Origin: Nemertoderma westbladi
Lineage: Eukaryota > Animalia > Xenacoelomorpha
Direction: 5' to 3'
DNA length: 49,140 nucleotides
Assembly (NCBI GenBank): GCA_032718475.1
Contig: JAUCBJ010001441.1
Location: forward strand, 1 to 49,140
Shown here: positions 10,630-22,189 of the stretch, in pieces
Position numbering within the stretch: the stretch's first letter is position 1
How the letters are laid out: each line of letters starts with the position of its first letter
Program-made: the position numbers and the translations under genes
The notes under the pieces: model-generated
Told to the model about the DNA's origin: nothing
The model's input: only the letters and a program-made list of their open reading frames with translations
The model's database searches: none

Positions 10630-11570
10630 CTTACTACGTGGCGCTCTCGGTGCCCACAACTTATATGGTACTATGTACCCTAATACTGCTACTATGGTAT
10701 ACCAAAATACCACACCCTTCACTCTCACTACGTGGCGCTTTCGGTGCCCACAACCCCTCTGCTACTAGCTCTATGGTATACCTACATACCATACCCTCTA
10801 CTCTCTTACTATGTGGCACTTTCGGTGCCCACAACCCCTCTGCTACTACTTCTATGGTATACCTACATAACATACCCTCTACTCTCTTACTATGTGGCGC
10901 TTTCGGTGCCCACAACCCCTCTGCTACTACTTCTATGGTATACCTACATACCATAACCTCTACTCTCTTACTACGTGGCGCTTTCGGTGCCCACAACCCC
11001 TCTGCTACTACTTCTATGGTATACCTACATACCATACCCTCTACTCTCTTACTACTTGGCGCTTTTGGTGTCCACAACCCCTCTGCCACTACTTCTATGG
11101 TATACCTACACACCATACCCTCTACACTCTTACTACGTGGCGCTTTTGGTGCCCACAACCTCGAACTCTCTCGGTACTATGTACCCCACTACTACTCTCG
11201 TGGTATGTCTATATACCACACTCCCTATTATCTAACTTCTAACGAGCCTCTTACTCTTACTAACTTCTACTAACTTCTAACTCTTACTTCTACCAGTGGT
11301 ACTATGTACCCTGCCACTACTCTCGTGGTATGTTTATATACCACACTCCCTAACTTCTAACTTCTACCAGCGGTACTATGTACCCTGCCACTACTCTCGT
11401 GGTATGTTTATATACCACACTCCCTATACTTCTAACTCCTACCAGCGGTACTATGTACCCTGCCACTACTTTCGTGGTATGTCAATATACCACACTCCCC
11501 GACTTCTCCCTACGGTACTATGTACCCTACTACTCTCGTGGTATGTCAATGTACCACACTCCCTAACTTC
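10630..11570. repeat. Internal minisatellites: 81-bp unit (~6-7 copies), then ~70-75-bp unit (~5 copies)
   Basis: gtggcgctttcggtgcccacaacc at 10732, 10813, 10894, 10975, 11056 and 11137; ggtactatgtaccc at 11173, 11298, 11372, 11447 and 11514. Confidence 0.9.
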
Positions 11571-11888
11571 TGCCTACTTACTTAGTGCTACGTACTATCT
11601 ACTACTATTACTTTCTAACTTTCTATTATCTCACTACTTTTTTTTTTTTTTTTTTTTTTTTTACGGTTTTTTATTTTTTTAATAATGAAAATAATCCATT
11701 AACATTGTAACTACATAGCCTAATGCAAGAGTAGTATTCGTCACCACCCGTCACCAAGTAACAACTACTTATTTTATTATTTTCTTATTATTTATTTTAT
11801 ATTTTGTGTGGGAAGGGCATCTCGCCCTCATTCCCACACCCCTCAGTCCAACATAATGGACGACTAAACTTCAAGGCCGATTCTTCCA

Positions 11889-14800
11889 TCAGGCACACTC
11901 CCACTGCCCCCCTGTAGATCCTCTTATCCTTCGCCACACTCTCCTTGTCAATTCCAACTCTCTAGGAATTGATTCTCCCTCCTCCACCACCCTAAAATCG
12001 GGTCTTTCGGTCGCCTTCTTGATTTCCTCATGGTCCCCTGGCAGCAAAAGGCCACCCTTCATCTTGTCGTCACCTGGCGGTAGAATGAAAAGAAATCGAA
12101 AGAATAGATAAAACAGAATGGATAATAGTAATCCTATCCCTTTCCACCCTGTCTTCTTATTTGACCTCCCCCTTTTCGGTATGCCTCTCAACCGGACCGG
12201 TGTCTCCTCCGGAAACTTCTCTGGACATCTCGCCGTCCACTCTTCTCCTTCCTCATACCGATACTTGCCGGGGACATCCTTGTTCCATCCCATCGTCTCT
12301 AAGTCTTCCGCGTCAAATCCATTCTCCTCCGCCCACTCTCTTGCTGTTGCTTCCCCTCCTAATTCATCTACCGACGGTATTTCTCTGGAACTATCCTCTA
12401 TCCTTTCACCACGCTCCACTATGCGTGGTTCCAGATCCATATCCAACTCCTGGTATCCTTCCCCAGGCCGCTTCTCACATGGGACCTCCCCATTGCCCGT
12501 CTCTGGTTTCTCCTTTACGTCCTCAACGGTGCCTGATAGCATGCACCCTGATGTCTCCGATACCCTGAATGGAATCTTGGTTTTGATTGGGCCGCTACGC
12601 AACCATCCGAATGGCGTGAGAATCGCCGTCGATTTGCCGCTACTTATTCTCTCCGAATATGGTCCATACTCTCTCGTGGGCCGTCGGACAATCCATTCCG
12701 ACTATGACGGATACCCTCGAGATGTCCACTTCCGGTATTGAGAAATCGATTTCGTCCAGGAATCGGTATTGCTCGACCTCGGTCATAGTTGGTCGCCTGG
12801 CATTTATGTTGATCGATTCTATTATCTGAATGGGGTCGATGGTCGCCCCATAATCACATCCTGGTGCTATTGCTGATATCTCGCACCATCCCGTTCTCAT
12901 CTCCAGGACCTCATCCTTGCTCGAGATAGTAGTTACTGCCATCCTACTCGGCCTCGTCTGTAACCCTATCTCTTCAGACACCCAATTCTCCACCAGCGTG
13001 AAGGCTGCTCCGCTGTCGACCAGCATCAATGTCGTGACTGATTGGCCGCCCTTTCCTGTTATCCTCACTGGTACTACCCCGAGTAGTACTTTCCTCTTTC
13101 TCCTTGCTCCCGTCGTGCTCATAGCCATAGTTTGGCCTCCAGTCTCATCGTCTCCTATCGGTGTTTCTCTTTACTCTCCGAATCTGTGTCCTTCTACCAC
13201 ACATCGATGACATAGTCCGTTTGTATCCGCGTAGGCTACACGATCTTGTTTAGGCAACTCTTGCCAATGCTTACAACTCATGGTCTTATGGGTTCCATCC
13301 CTATGCAATTGACATTCATATACTGGATTGTAGCATTCCCTGTATAGCCCTTCATGTGTTGCGCATAGATTCATATCTACCAGTTTAGTGTTTTGGTTAT
13401 TTGGACTCGGCCTACTGGGTGTGTTGGGATTATATTTGTTCGTGTTGTTATTTTGTTTCTGTCCCTGCCACGGTGTGGCCCTACTTCCAGCTAACTGTGG
13501 ACTTATAGTCCCCTGTGTCGCTGCATGTGGTAGCGACTGTTTCACTCTCGGGAATGAATCTGCCGGAATATGTTTGGGTTTTGGCCTGTTGTATTCGGCT
13601 TTCGGCGCCTTCCCCAAACTATCCTCACTGTAGACTGGGTCTGTAATCAACTCCGCTTCGTGATTGAGGAAGTTCGATATTTCCTTTAGGCCCGGTTCCG
13701 CACCTTTCTTCTCCCGGGTGGAGAAGGTGATCTTCCTCCATTTGTTCCTTAGCCATATTGGCAGTGCCTGTGCTATCGTGGTGATGTTATTCGATGCGTT
13801 GAGTTCGTGTGGCGCATCCAAGGTCTTTAGCACGATCAGCGCCTTCTCGACCTTATTCGCGAAACTCTTTATACTAACAGGGTTATCCTGTAGGCCACCC
13901 GATGTTATTCCCCTCAAGGTTTGCCGGATGATCTTGGCAGGGTGTCCGTATTCCCTGTCTAGGGCCCGCCATGCAGTCGTGAAGCCGCCCTCGATACCTT
14001 GATACTGCACTGCCTCACGATATTGTAGGCTGGGCCCCCTGTGTAAACTTGTAAATATTTTAGGCACTCCGCCTGCATCAGATTTTTAGTTAATATTTCA
14101 TTACTGTACATGTGTCAGAATTGTAGGTATTCTTCCGGTCTGCTTCCATTGAATTTAAATGGCTCCACTGGTGGCAGCTCCATCCTGGTCTTAAGCGCAT
14201 CGATAAGTGTTGCCATTCCCATCGCCTGTGCTTCTAATGGGTTAGATAGGTGCTGTACAGACTCTCCTGTTGGGTGCGGTTCGCCCATCGGGCCTGTCGA
14301 TTTTTTCTGTGTTGGATATATCATTGGGGGTAACGGCCCCCTCCATATCTCCGTATCGCATGATCTATTCTGATCCAAGGGGTTCGGGGTTTTTATTCTC
14401 GGTTGAGTGTATTGCTGATATCGTAATGGGGGAATGTCACCCCCCCCCCCCCCCCCCCCCGGTGTTATGTTTGGTATTGGGGTTGATGTTAATATATTGG
14501 GGCCCACACACCTATCGGCAATAACTCTCCCTCCCCTGGGTATATGTTATATCCCTGCATATTATAGTCATACTGGTGTGTAGGTACCGGTATAGGCCTA
14601 TCCACTTCTTGCCTACCTACCAGTATGTACGCCGCGACTTCTGGATCTAATCCCGTTGTTCGCGCTACCCTATCGCCTACACCATCTCTTCCAGCATGGC
14701 CTATAGTATGTGCAGTAAGGCCTACAGTATATCCTGCACTCTGCCTGTGTTCTTCCGGACCGAAGTTTAATCTTCTCGAATGTTCCAAGAAGTCCTCCCC

Positions 14801-17052
14801 GCGACTACCGTACTCTCGATCGGCAGCTATATCCCATCGGGAAGTTTCTATTCGATCCCCTCTACTGTCCTCATCCTCGTACCGGTACATCCTGTACCCT
14901 TCTCCCGGCGTATGGTATATCTCGCCAGGCTGCATCTCTCCAGGGCGACGGCAATCTCCCGGAGTCCGACCCCACTGACTCTCCAACTCCATTTCTGCTA
15001 CTGACGGTTCGCTGTCCGTCCTTGCTCTCCAGTGTCTCGTAGCAATGCTTCTTCTATTCTCTTCACTTCTTCTCTCTTCAGTGTAGCAATCCCTTTTGTG
15101 AGATCTCTCTTCAACCTCCTGGATAAACTCTACTGTTCTTCTTCCATCTTCCGACTGGGCTCGACGTCTTGTCTCTCTTGCCTCTCTCTCTCTCTAGTCG
15201 GTTGGACGCTCCTGGGGATACTCGCAATCCCCCTACTATTCTCCGTCGTCAGATGCCGCGGTTCACCTAACTCGCCCCGCGCATTATCTGCCGATGCTTG
15301 TGGGACATTCTCTGCCCCCACCCTCTCGCCACTAATCTCTCGTGGTGGGGTGCCCGTAGCCCCCCCATTCGCCACCTCTTACTTCACTACTTCCTACTTC
15401 GTTTCTATGCCCCTCTCTAGTCGAGCATTGTCTCTACTCCGGCTGGGTCTACTCACCCCCACCTCTCCCTGTGCAACTGCGTGGCCTTGCAGGCTCCCGT
15501 CGGGTTGACTCACCCCCGCTACTCCCTGACTAACTACATGGCCTTGCAGGCTCCCGTTGGGGTGACTCACCCCGGCTACTCCCTGCCTAACTACGTGGCC
15601 TTGCAGGCTCCCATCGGGTTGACTCACCCCCCCCCCCCCCCCCCCCCCCCCGCTACTCCCTGCGTAATTACATGGCCTTGTAGGCTCTCGCTGGTCGGAT
15701 CACCTGTATCCCCTACGTTCATATTAATAGCACTGTTATCAATAATATATATATCAATATATCAATAACCGTTATCTAAGTTATCTAAATTATTTAAATT
15801 AATTTGTTCGGAATTGAGGTTATTATTTGGATTGATTTGTACATTTAAATGAGTATTATTATTTGGATTATTTTCTGCGTTTAAATTAGTATTATTATTT
15901 GGATTATTTTGTACGTTTGAATTTATATTATTATTTGGATTATTTTGTACGTTTGAATTAATATTATTATTTGGATTATTTTGCACATTTAGGTCAAAAT
16001 TATTATTACCGGGTAAAATATTATTTCCTGCAACGAAGGTTTGATTAGGGTTGTCTACTACGGTACTATTAATATTAATTCCTTCTAAAGTATTATTATT
16101 ACTTTTTGTTTACTTTTTGATTGTTTCTCGCCACCCTCTCTGCCCTCTCCTTACATTCCCTCGCTAACTCTCTCTCTTTCTCTAATAACGCGGTTCCCTT
16201 GTCCAGTTGCCTCTCCAAATCCTGCTGATCCAGCGCCACAAGGTCTAGTTGACACGCCAGATCTTTCTCTAACACCCTTCTTGCTTTTGCGGAGGATGTA
16301 GCGGACTTTTCACTCGCAACGGACTCCCATCGCCTCTCCGTCCTACTAACTTTCCCCTGCTTTCTGGGGTTCTCGCTAACTGACGACACCGAATCCTCGG
16401 GGTTAACCTCGGGTTCGCCGTCGTGCGGGTCCGCCCAACCCACTAACTTAATTCCCCTAGCATCCACTAAGTAAGGCCTTACGTACACTACTTCAGGCTC
16501 CATTATCCCGGATCGCCACAATTCAAACAGTTCGGTGGCGACCCCCCTCGCTCTCTCACTCGCCAGTTCTCCCTGTCCAAAAAGGACTAAATATCGAAAA
16601 TGTTTATTCGACTCACCTAGCCTCTGATGTAGTTTAGGCTGGTCTACCTTTCTCCCTTCTTTGGCCTCCTTGAGTAACTTCTTGGTGGCGTTGTAGGCCC
16701 GTCGTAGCCGATCACTCGTCCCGACGTCCTCTTCTCCGACTCCTCCTCCTTTCCTCGTCCGGCGTCATACCGGCGGCCCAACCGTCGCCGTTCCGGTGGG
16801 CCGTCCATCGCCCTCGGCCTGTGGCTGGCCGGCGACTTCGGTACTCCGACCGCCATCGTGCGTCGACTCCTCTCCCTCTCGTGGTTGACGGCCGCCCTCC
16901 GCTTAGGCAGCCGGATCGTCTCTCGTTGGTGAATCTGGTGTGGCAGGCCGATACCGTCTCATCGCGGCCTCACAGATCATTTGGTTGGTATCGTACGGGG
17001 TCCGCGGCGGCATCCTCTCTCCCTCTGGCTCTCGGGGTTCTCTATCGCTCAT
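11889..17052 (-). pseudogene. gag-pro: Disrupted Gag-protease polyprotein of BEL/Pao type
   Basis: PEDSVSSV; capsid-like PFKFNG..EEYLQF, LKYLQVYTGGPA and AWRALDREYG; zinc knuckles CQLHRDGTHKTMSC and LCHRCVVEGH; aspartic protease VVPVRITG...MLVDSGAAFTLV followed by TPFGWLRSGP. Several frameshifts and stops. Confidence 0.85.
15765..16000. repeat. 36-bp coding repeat (Asn-rich, VQNNPNNNINSN) within gag
   Basis: ttattatttggattattttgtacgtttgaa units; a comparable Asn-rich block lies at 39120-39360. Confidence 0.8.
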
Positions 17053-17108
17053 CTTCCTTTCGCTCTGTTGTTGCAGTCACAGTTTATTGGCAGGTGGCAG
17101 TTAATGAC

Positions 17109-17772
17109 TGTGACGGGATCAGAGATCCCGACCGGGTTGTTAAAGTACACGTCACCATTCTGCTGGGGATCGTGCTACTGGCTTTGGCCGAGGCCGTCTG
17201 GGAAAACAGTGAAAGTTCCTGTTGTCTTTCGATATTATTAATTCAATATGGGCGGTAATAGCACGTATTGAATATAAAGCAGAAAATACAGATAAATTGT
17301 TACTGGTATAGCGGTGGCGGTCATTAACTATGACCGGTCTGCACTAACAAAACTGAATAACACAACTGACCGGTAAACCAGTAATGTGAGATAATATATG
17401 ATTAATACATTGAATATTGGTTCACCTCCTACTCTACTTTAGCCCTCTACCCAATGGATGCTTTCCTGTTCCCTATCACGTGCTTCCCTCCCCACTATTG
17501 GCTAATATACTACTTGTCACTTTGGCACTCCCTGGGAGTGTCCCCCCCCCCCTCCCCCCGCTGCTAGCCTCTACTAGCTGTCTTACCTTCGAGGTGGTTT
17601 GACCTCTCACCTTTCTCTGTGGCTTTGGGGCTTGTGCCCCCCCCCCCCCCCCCCCCCAATGTTGGTTATGATACGAGATTAATATTGGTAATCTCGTATC
17701 CCCAACATATTGCAAAAATGCCACTAGTCCCATTTCCTGGTGGGTAATGAAGTGGAATTGAATCCGCATACA
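17109..17772 (-). repeat. 5' LTR (664 bp) with TATA-like and TCAGTT initiator-like motifs
   Basis: Minus strand catatattat (~17390-17400) is followed about 25-30 nt later by ggTCAGTT. Confidence 0.9.
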
Positions 17773-18404
17773 TTTGTAATCCTTGCATGACCAGCTTTCC
17801 ATCAGTACCAACAAACCACTATAAGGTTGAAGAATAACTGGAGTGTAACTGGTCAAATATCACCGGAGACACCTTTTTTAAACGCTTGTAGCTAAAGAAT
17901 GAAAGTGAAAATAAAAATTCTGGCTCACCCAGCAAGGAGGAGGGAGACTGACTCTGTTTCAAATTTCATGAAATCTCATTAAGATTTGTAGAAAAATTTG
18001 GGGGGGGGGGCAGTTACCTAAACGTCTTGATCTTTGCGAAAGTTCTAGAACTTTAAAATAACATTGAATTGATGTACATCAGAAAAATATGATTTTTTCA
18101 ATAAAAACATTACTCAGTTATATTTCATTCGTTTTATTTACACGTCAATGCCTGCAATTATTAAATTTATTACATGGTTATGTTACTGTACATGTACTGT
18201 GTAATGTACATGGTTATATTACTTGGTTTTGTATTTTTCAATATAATTGTTTTTTGGTTACCTGCTTTTCTAACCAAAACAATGAACATATACAAGGAAA
18301 AGGACATGGTTGCAGAGGCTGGCAAATCCTCTGTAGAGAGAGCAAAACAAATGATATCCTTAGAAATTGTGGGAAAAAAGCAGATCTCAGTGGCAGACTT
18401 ATTA

Positions 18405-18922
18405 TTACTACTATACTACTACTACTACTAGGTCGAGCGAACTCGGACAGTGGAAATGAGATCCTTCCAGGCTTCCCGATTCTCCATAGTTGTCGCAATT
18501 TCGTTTCTCCCAAGTTCAGTATCCCTTTCAAGTTGATCTATATGTTATGGCCAGTCGTCCACAACTACGCTTTCCATGACTTGGTTGCCAGAGAAGTAGA
18601 TCTGGTATGACCTCGTCTTTACTTCGCCAGCAGTGCCCACTGAATCTTATCTGCGTTCACGGAGGGTGGTTGATACAGGTGGTATTGTACCATAAAGCTC
18701 GGCGTTTGTCATGTGTTGTCTCCAGCTGATGTTTAGGGCTGCCCTTAGTAGTCTTGTGTAGCAACCATCAATTCGTTGTTCAAGTGATTTAGTCAGTGTC
18801 CAGGTCTCACCCCCGTATAAAAATACACTTTCCACTGTGGCTCGAAAGAACTTAGTCTTCAGGTGCCTGGAGAGATCTGATTTCCAGATGGTATCCATTT
18901 TTGATAGAGCTACCCAAGCCTT
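18405..18922 (-). mobile_element. 5'-truncated RTE-clade LINE, same family as 8075-8643
   Basis: Reverse-complement near-identity; (CTA)n tail at 18405-18430; imperfect TSD. Confidence 0.9.
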
Positions 18923-19339
18923 TTTACTTTTAATTACTACTAAATTATAACAAATTGAGATGGTAAATGAGCTGGTAACAGAGATGGACTTTTCATAACA
19001 AAAAACAATAAACGATGTCGTTATTGAAAGAAGAAGTTTAAAGTGCCCGGCCTTTCTAAAACAGTCATTACCAATTTATGTCAACAAGCGAATTTTACGA
19101 ACATCGTGAATTATCTCATCTAGGCGGTTAGGGTCGAATTTCTTTTGTAAACCCATTTCTTGTAACTATCGTCGCACAGTTCTCTGAGAAACCAGAACAT
19201 CATGATGTTGTTGGAATAAGTAGACTATTTGTTTATAAGTGTAACCAAGAGAGACATAAAGTTTTACCTCGCCAGACACAAACTGATTACTGGTAGTCAT
19301 TTCGAATCATCTCAAGGTGCTACTGAACTTACTGTGATA

Positions 19340-21950
19340 TAGGTCTAAGCGATCATTTTATAGTTTTTTGCACAAGAAAGACACAAAAATCTTTTTTCGG
19401 GGATCATAAAACAGTAACTGTTAGGTCTATAAAAAAATTACAGCAAGGAACGCTTTTTAAGTTTGTTAGTTAATTCTGACTGGGAACCCTGTTTAAAGGC
19501 CGCTAACATTAACCTTGCGTACACTGTTTTTAAAGATATATTTTTAAAGACACTTAATACTGTAGCACCAATTAAAGAAATTAGTCTTAAACAACACACT
19601 GAGCCCTGGATGTCCTCCGGTATTCTTAGTAATATCAGAGAAAGAGATAACTATTTGTATAAATTTAGGAAATACCGTGTTTTAGCTGATTATAATAATT
19701 ATTGCAAATATAGAAACCTTGTCCAACGGGAAATAAAAAAAGCTAAATCTGAATATTTGTACAACAAAATAAGTGAGAATAAAGATAATCCTAAAAGTCT
19801 ATGGTCTACCCTAAAATCATTAGGTTATAAAAACCTTAAATCTAAATCGAATATTGTTCTGCAAGATAACGGTGAGCTGATTCATGATCATACTCTAGTT
19901 AGTAATTTATTTAATAATTATTTTACTAATGTTGCCTCTAATTTAGTTAAGAAGTTACCGTTATCAAGTAATAAATATAGTATAGGGTCCGAAACTCTAA
20001 ATAATTTTTATTTAGAAAAGTTACAAAATTCAGAAAAGTTATTTTTAAAACCCGTTTCTGAGGATTTCGTTTTTAAAAATCTACTTAGCCTATCAGCCTC
20101 AAAAAGTACCGGTCTAGACCTAATACCTACCCGTTTTCTTAAGGATGGTGCTGAAGTACTTAAAGTGCCTATTACTTTTATTATTAATTACTCTATCGTA
20201 GATAATGCAGTACCAGACGAACTGAAATTAGCTAAGGTTGTTCCTCTGTATAAAAAGAATAGTAAAGTAGAACCCTGTAATTACAGACCTGTTAGTATCT
20301 TAAGTATTGTATCTAAAATTCTAGAACGTTCTGTTTTTCTACAGCTGGAAGCACATCTTAGTAGGCTAAATCTGATCGATGAACTTCAGTCCGGATTTCG
20401 TAAATCATATTCTACAGACACTTGCCTTATTAACTTAACTGATACAATTAGATGTAATAACGAAAAGGGTTTATATACTGGTATGGTAATGTTGGATCTA
20501 CAAAAGGCTTTCGATACTGTAGATCACGAAATTCTGCTTGGTAAGTTAGGCCTGATGGGTGTAGGTTCTATAGACTGGTTCAAGTCCTACCTGTCAGACA
20601 GAGGTCGAACTGTAGTCATTAGCAAATCGCAGTCTAACGTACAAGAGATTACCTGTGGTGTACCGCAAGGTAGTATATTAGGTCCTCTGCTTTTTGTATG
20701 CTATGTAAATGATATGATAAGTAGTATAGATCCCGATTTTAAACTCATTTTATATACCGACGACAGTGCTCTTATTTTCTCTCATAAAGATCCTATCCAT
20801 ATTTCCCAAAAGTTAAGTGCAGTTCTAGAATCCTGTAATAATGAGTGGTTGGTTGATAATAAGCTATCCATTCACTACGGTACGACTGAAAGTATTTTGT
20901 TTGGTTCCAAAATAAAGTTAAAGAAGGTAACTAAGTTTGATGTCACTAGTAATGGACATAAGATTGAAAATAAAAAGGAAGTTAAATATTTAGGCGCCAT
21001 ATTGGATAACTGCTTATCAGGAGAAAGCACAGTGAAAAACATTTTCTCGAAAGTTAACAGTAGGCTTAGGTTTCTATACAGAAATAAAAATAGTTTAAAT
21101 ACCGACTCCCGCAAGTTACTTTGCTCTTCTTTAATACAGTGTCACATGGACTATGCATGCTCTACTTGGTATGAAGGCTTAACCAAACAGCTTAAATGTA
21201 AATTACAAGTAGCTCAGAATAAAGTAGTACGATTTATTAAAGACTACAAACCTAGGCACCACCTAACTCCAGATAACTTTTCTGAATCTGGACTACTTAA
21301 CTTAGATAGTAGAGTTAAGCATCTACGCCTTAACCATGTGCATAAAGTGTATAATGGTAAATGTCCCAATTACCTAAAAGAAAAATTCAATAGAGTACGC
21401 GATACACACTCTTACAGTACCAGAGCTAGTGCCTCCCGAAACTTCTACCTCCCGAATTGTAAATCCTTCGAATCTGATACTTTCTTTTTTAACGGCATTA
21501 AAAATTGGAACGCTCTGCCTAATGAAATTAAAAACCTATATAATCAACATTCTTTTAAATCTGCAGTTAAATCTCACCTCCGTGTGCAATGTAAAAATAG
21601 GTACAATAGTCCTACAGTAAGTTATTAAGTTTATTAATTATTTACTATTTATACTGTAATTACGTTTTATAATAAATTGTTCTGTACATTACATCTTTAT
21701 CGTTGAGTCGGGCATTGTCACGCTCTCGGTGAAGTTGTACATGTACATAGTGTAATTACGTTTATATTGGTTTTAGGTTAGCGTAGTGTAATATTGTATT
21801 TGTAACCAAGTAACATAAAGGACCCCCTTGGAAATAAGCTGCAAAGCTTTAGGGGTAATACCTTTGTTGAACAATACCTTTATACCGGTACATTGTTTGG
21901 TGTATTTGTTATTGTTTTTACATAATGTATAAATAAATATATCTATCTAT
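19340..21950 (+). mobile_element. 5'-truncated CR1-group (L2/Crack/Daphne-like) LINE with long RT ORF 19463-21628
   Basis: Endonuclease end GLSDH at ~19341; RT motifs NYRPVSIL, QSGFR, LDLQKAFDTV, GVPQGSILGP, YTDD and YLG; 3' UTR stem-loop gacccc...ggaaataag...aggggt; aataaa and (ATCT)n tail. Confidence 0.9.
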
Positions 21951-22189
21951 CCTCTACCAGTGTTAGGTAACCAAACCCAAGAGGCACACTTGGTTCAAGG
22001 TGTAACAAAAGGACCCCTACAGTCGGCAGCAGGGCTGTAGGCCATGGATAGACGGAAGGTAATCAACCAACTAACGGCTAGAAATGCTGACAAGGTCGGC
22101 GGAAGGTAATCAGCCAACGGCGACCTCCTGCGAAGACGCTTGCAGGAGTTGTGACCACAAGCGGTTTACTCTCGCAACTGAAAGATATG

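Larger units (their letters stand above)
9214..17772 (-). mobile_element. Complete non-autonomous BEL/Pao-related LTR retrotransposon (gag and protease, no RT/RNaseH/integrase)
   Basis: TG...CA LTRs at 17109-17772 (5') and 9214-9881 (3'); perfect 5-bp TSD TTTGT (9209-9213, 17773-17777); PPT GGGGGGGAG at 9882-9890. Confidence 0.93.

Noticed and set aside
10181-11682. Several long overlapping ORFs (up to 341 aa)
   Set aside because: They are by-products of 81-bp and ~75-bp repeats lacking stops and have no domain signal.
12118-15768. Plus-strand ORFs opposite gag-pro
   Set aside because: Antisense shadows of a purine-rich coding strand.
8966-18150. MITE-like host sequence (8966-9213 plus 17773-~18150) split by the LTR element
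   Set aside because: The flanks rejoin plausibly, but I could not identify TIRs or a TSD, so it is not called as a feature.
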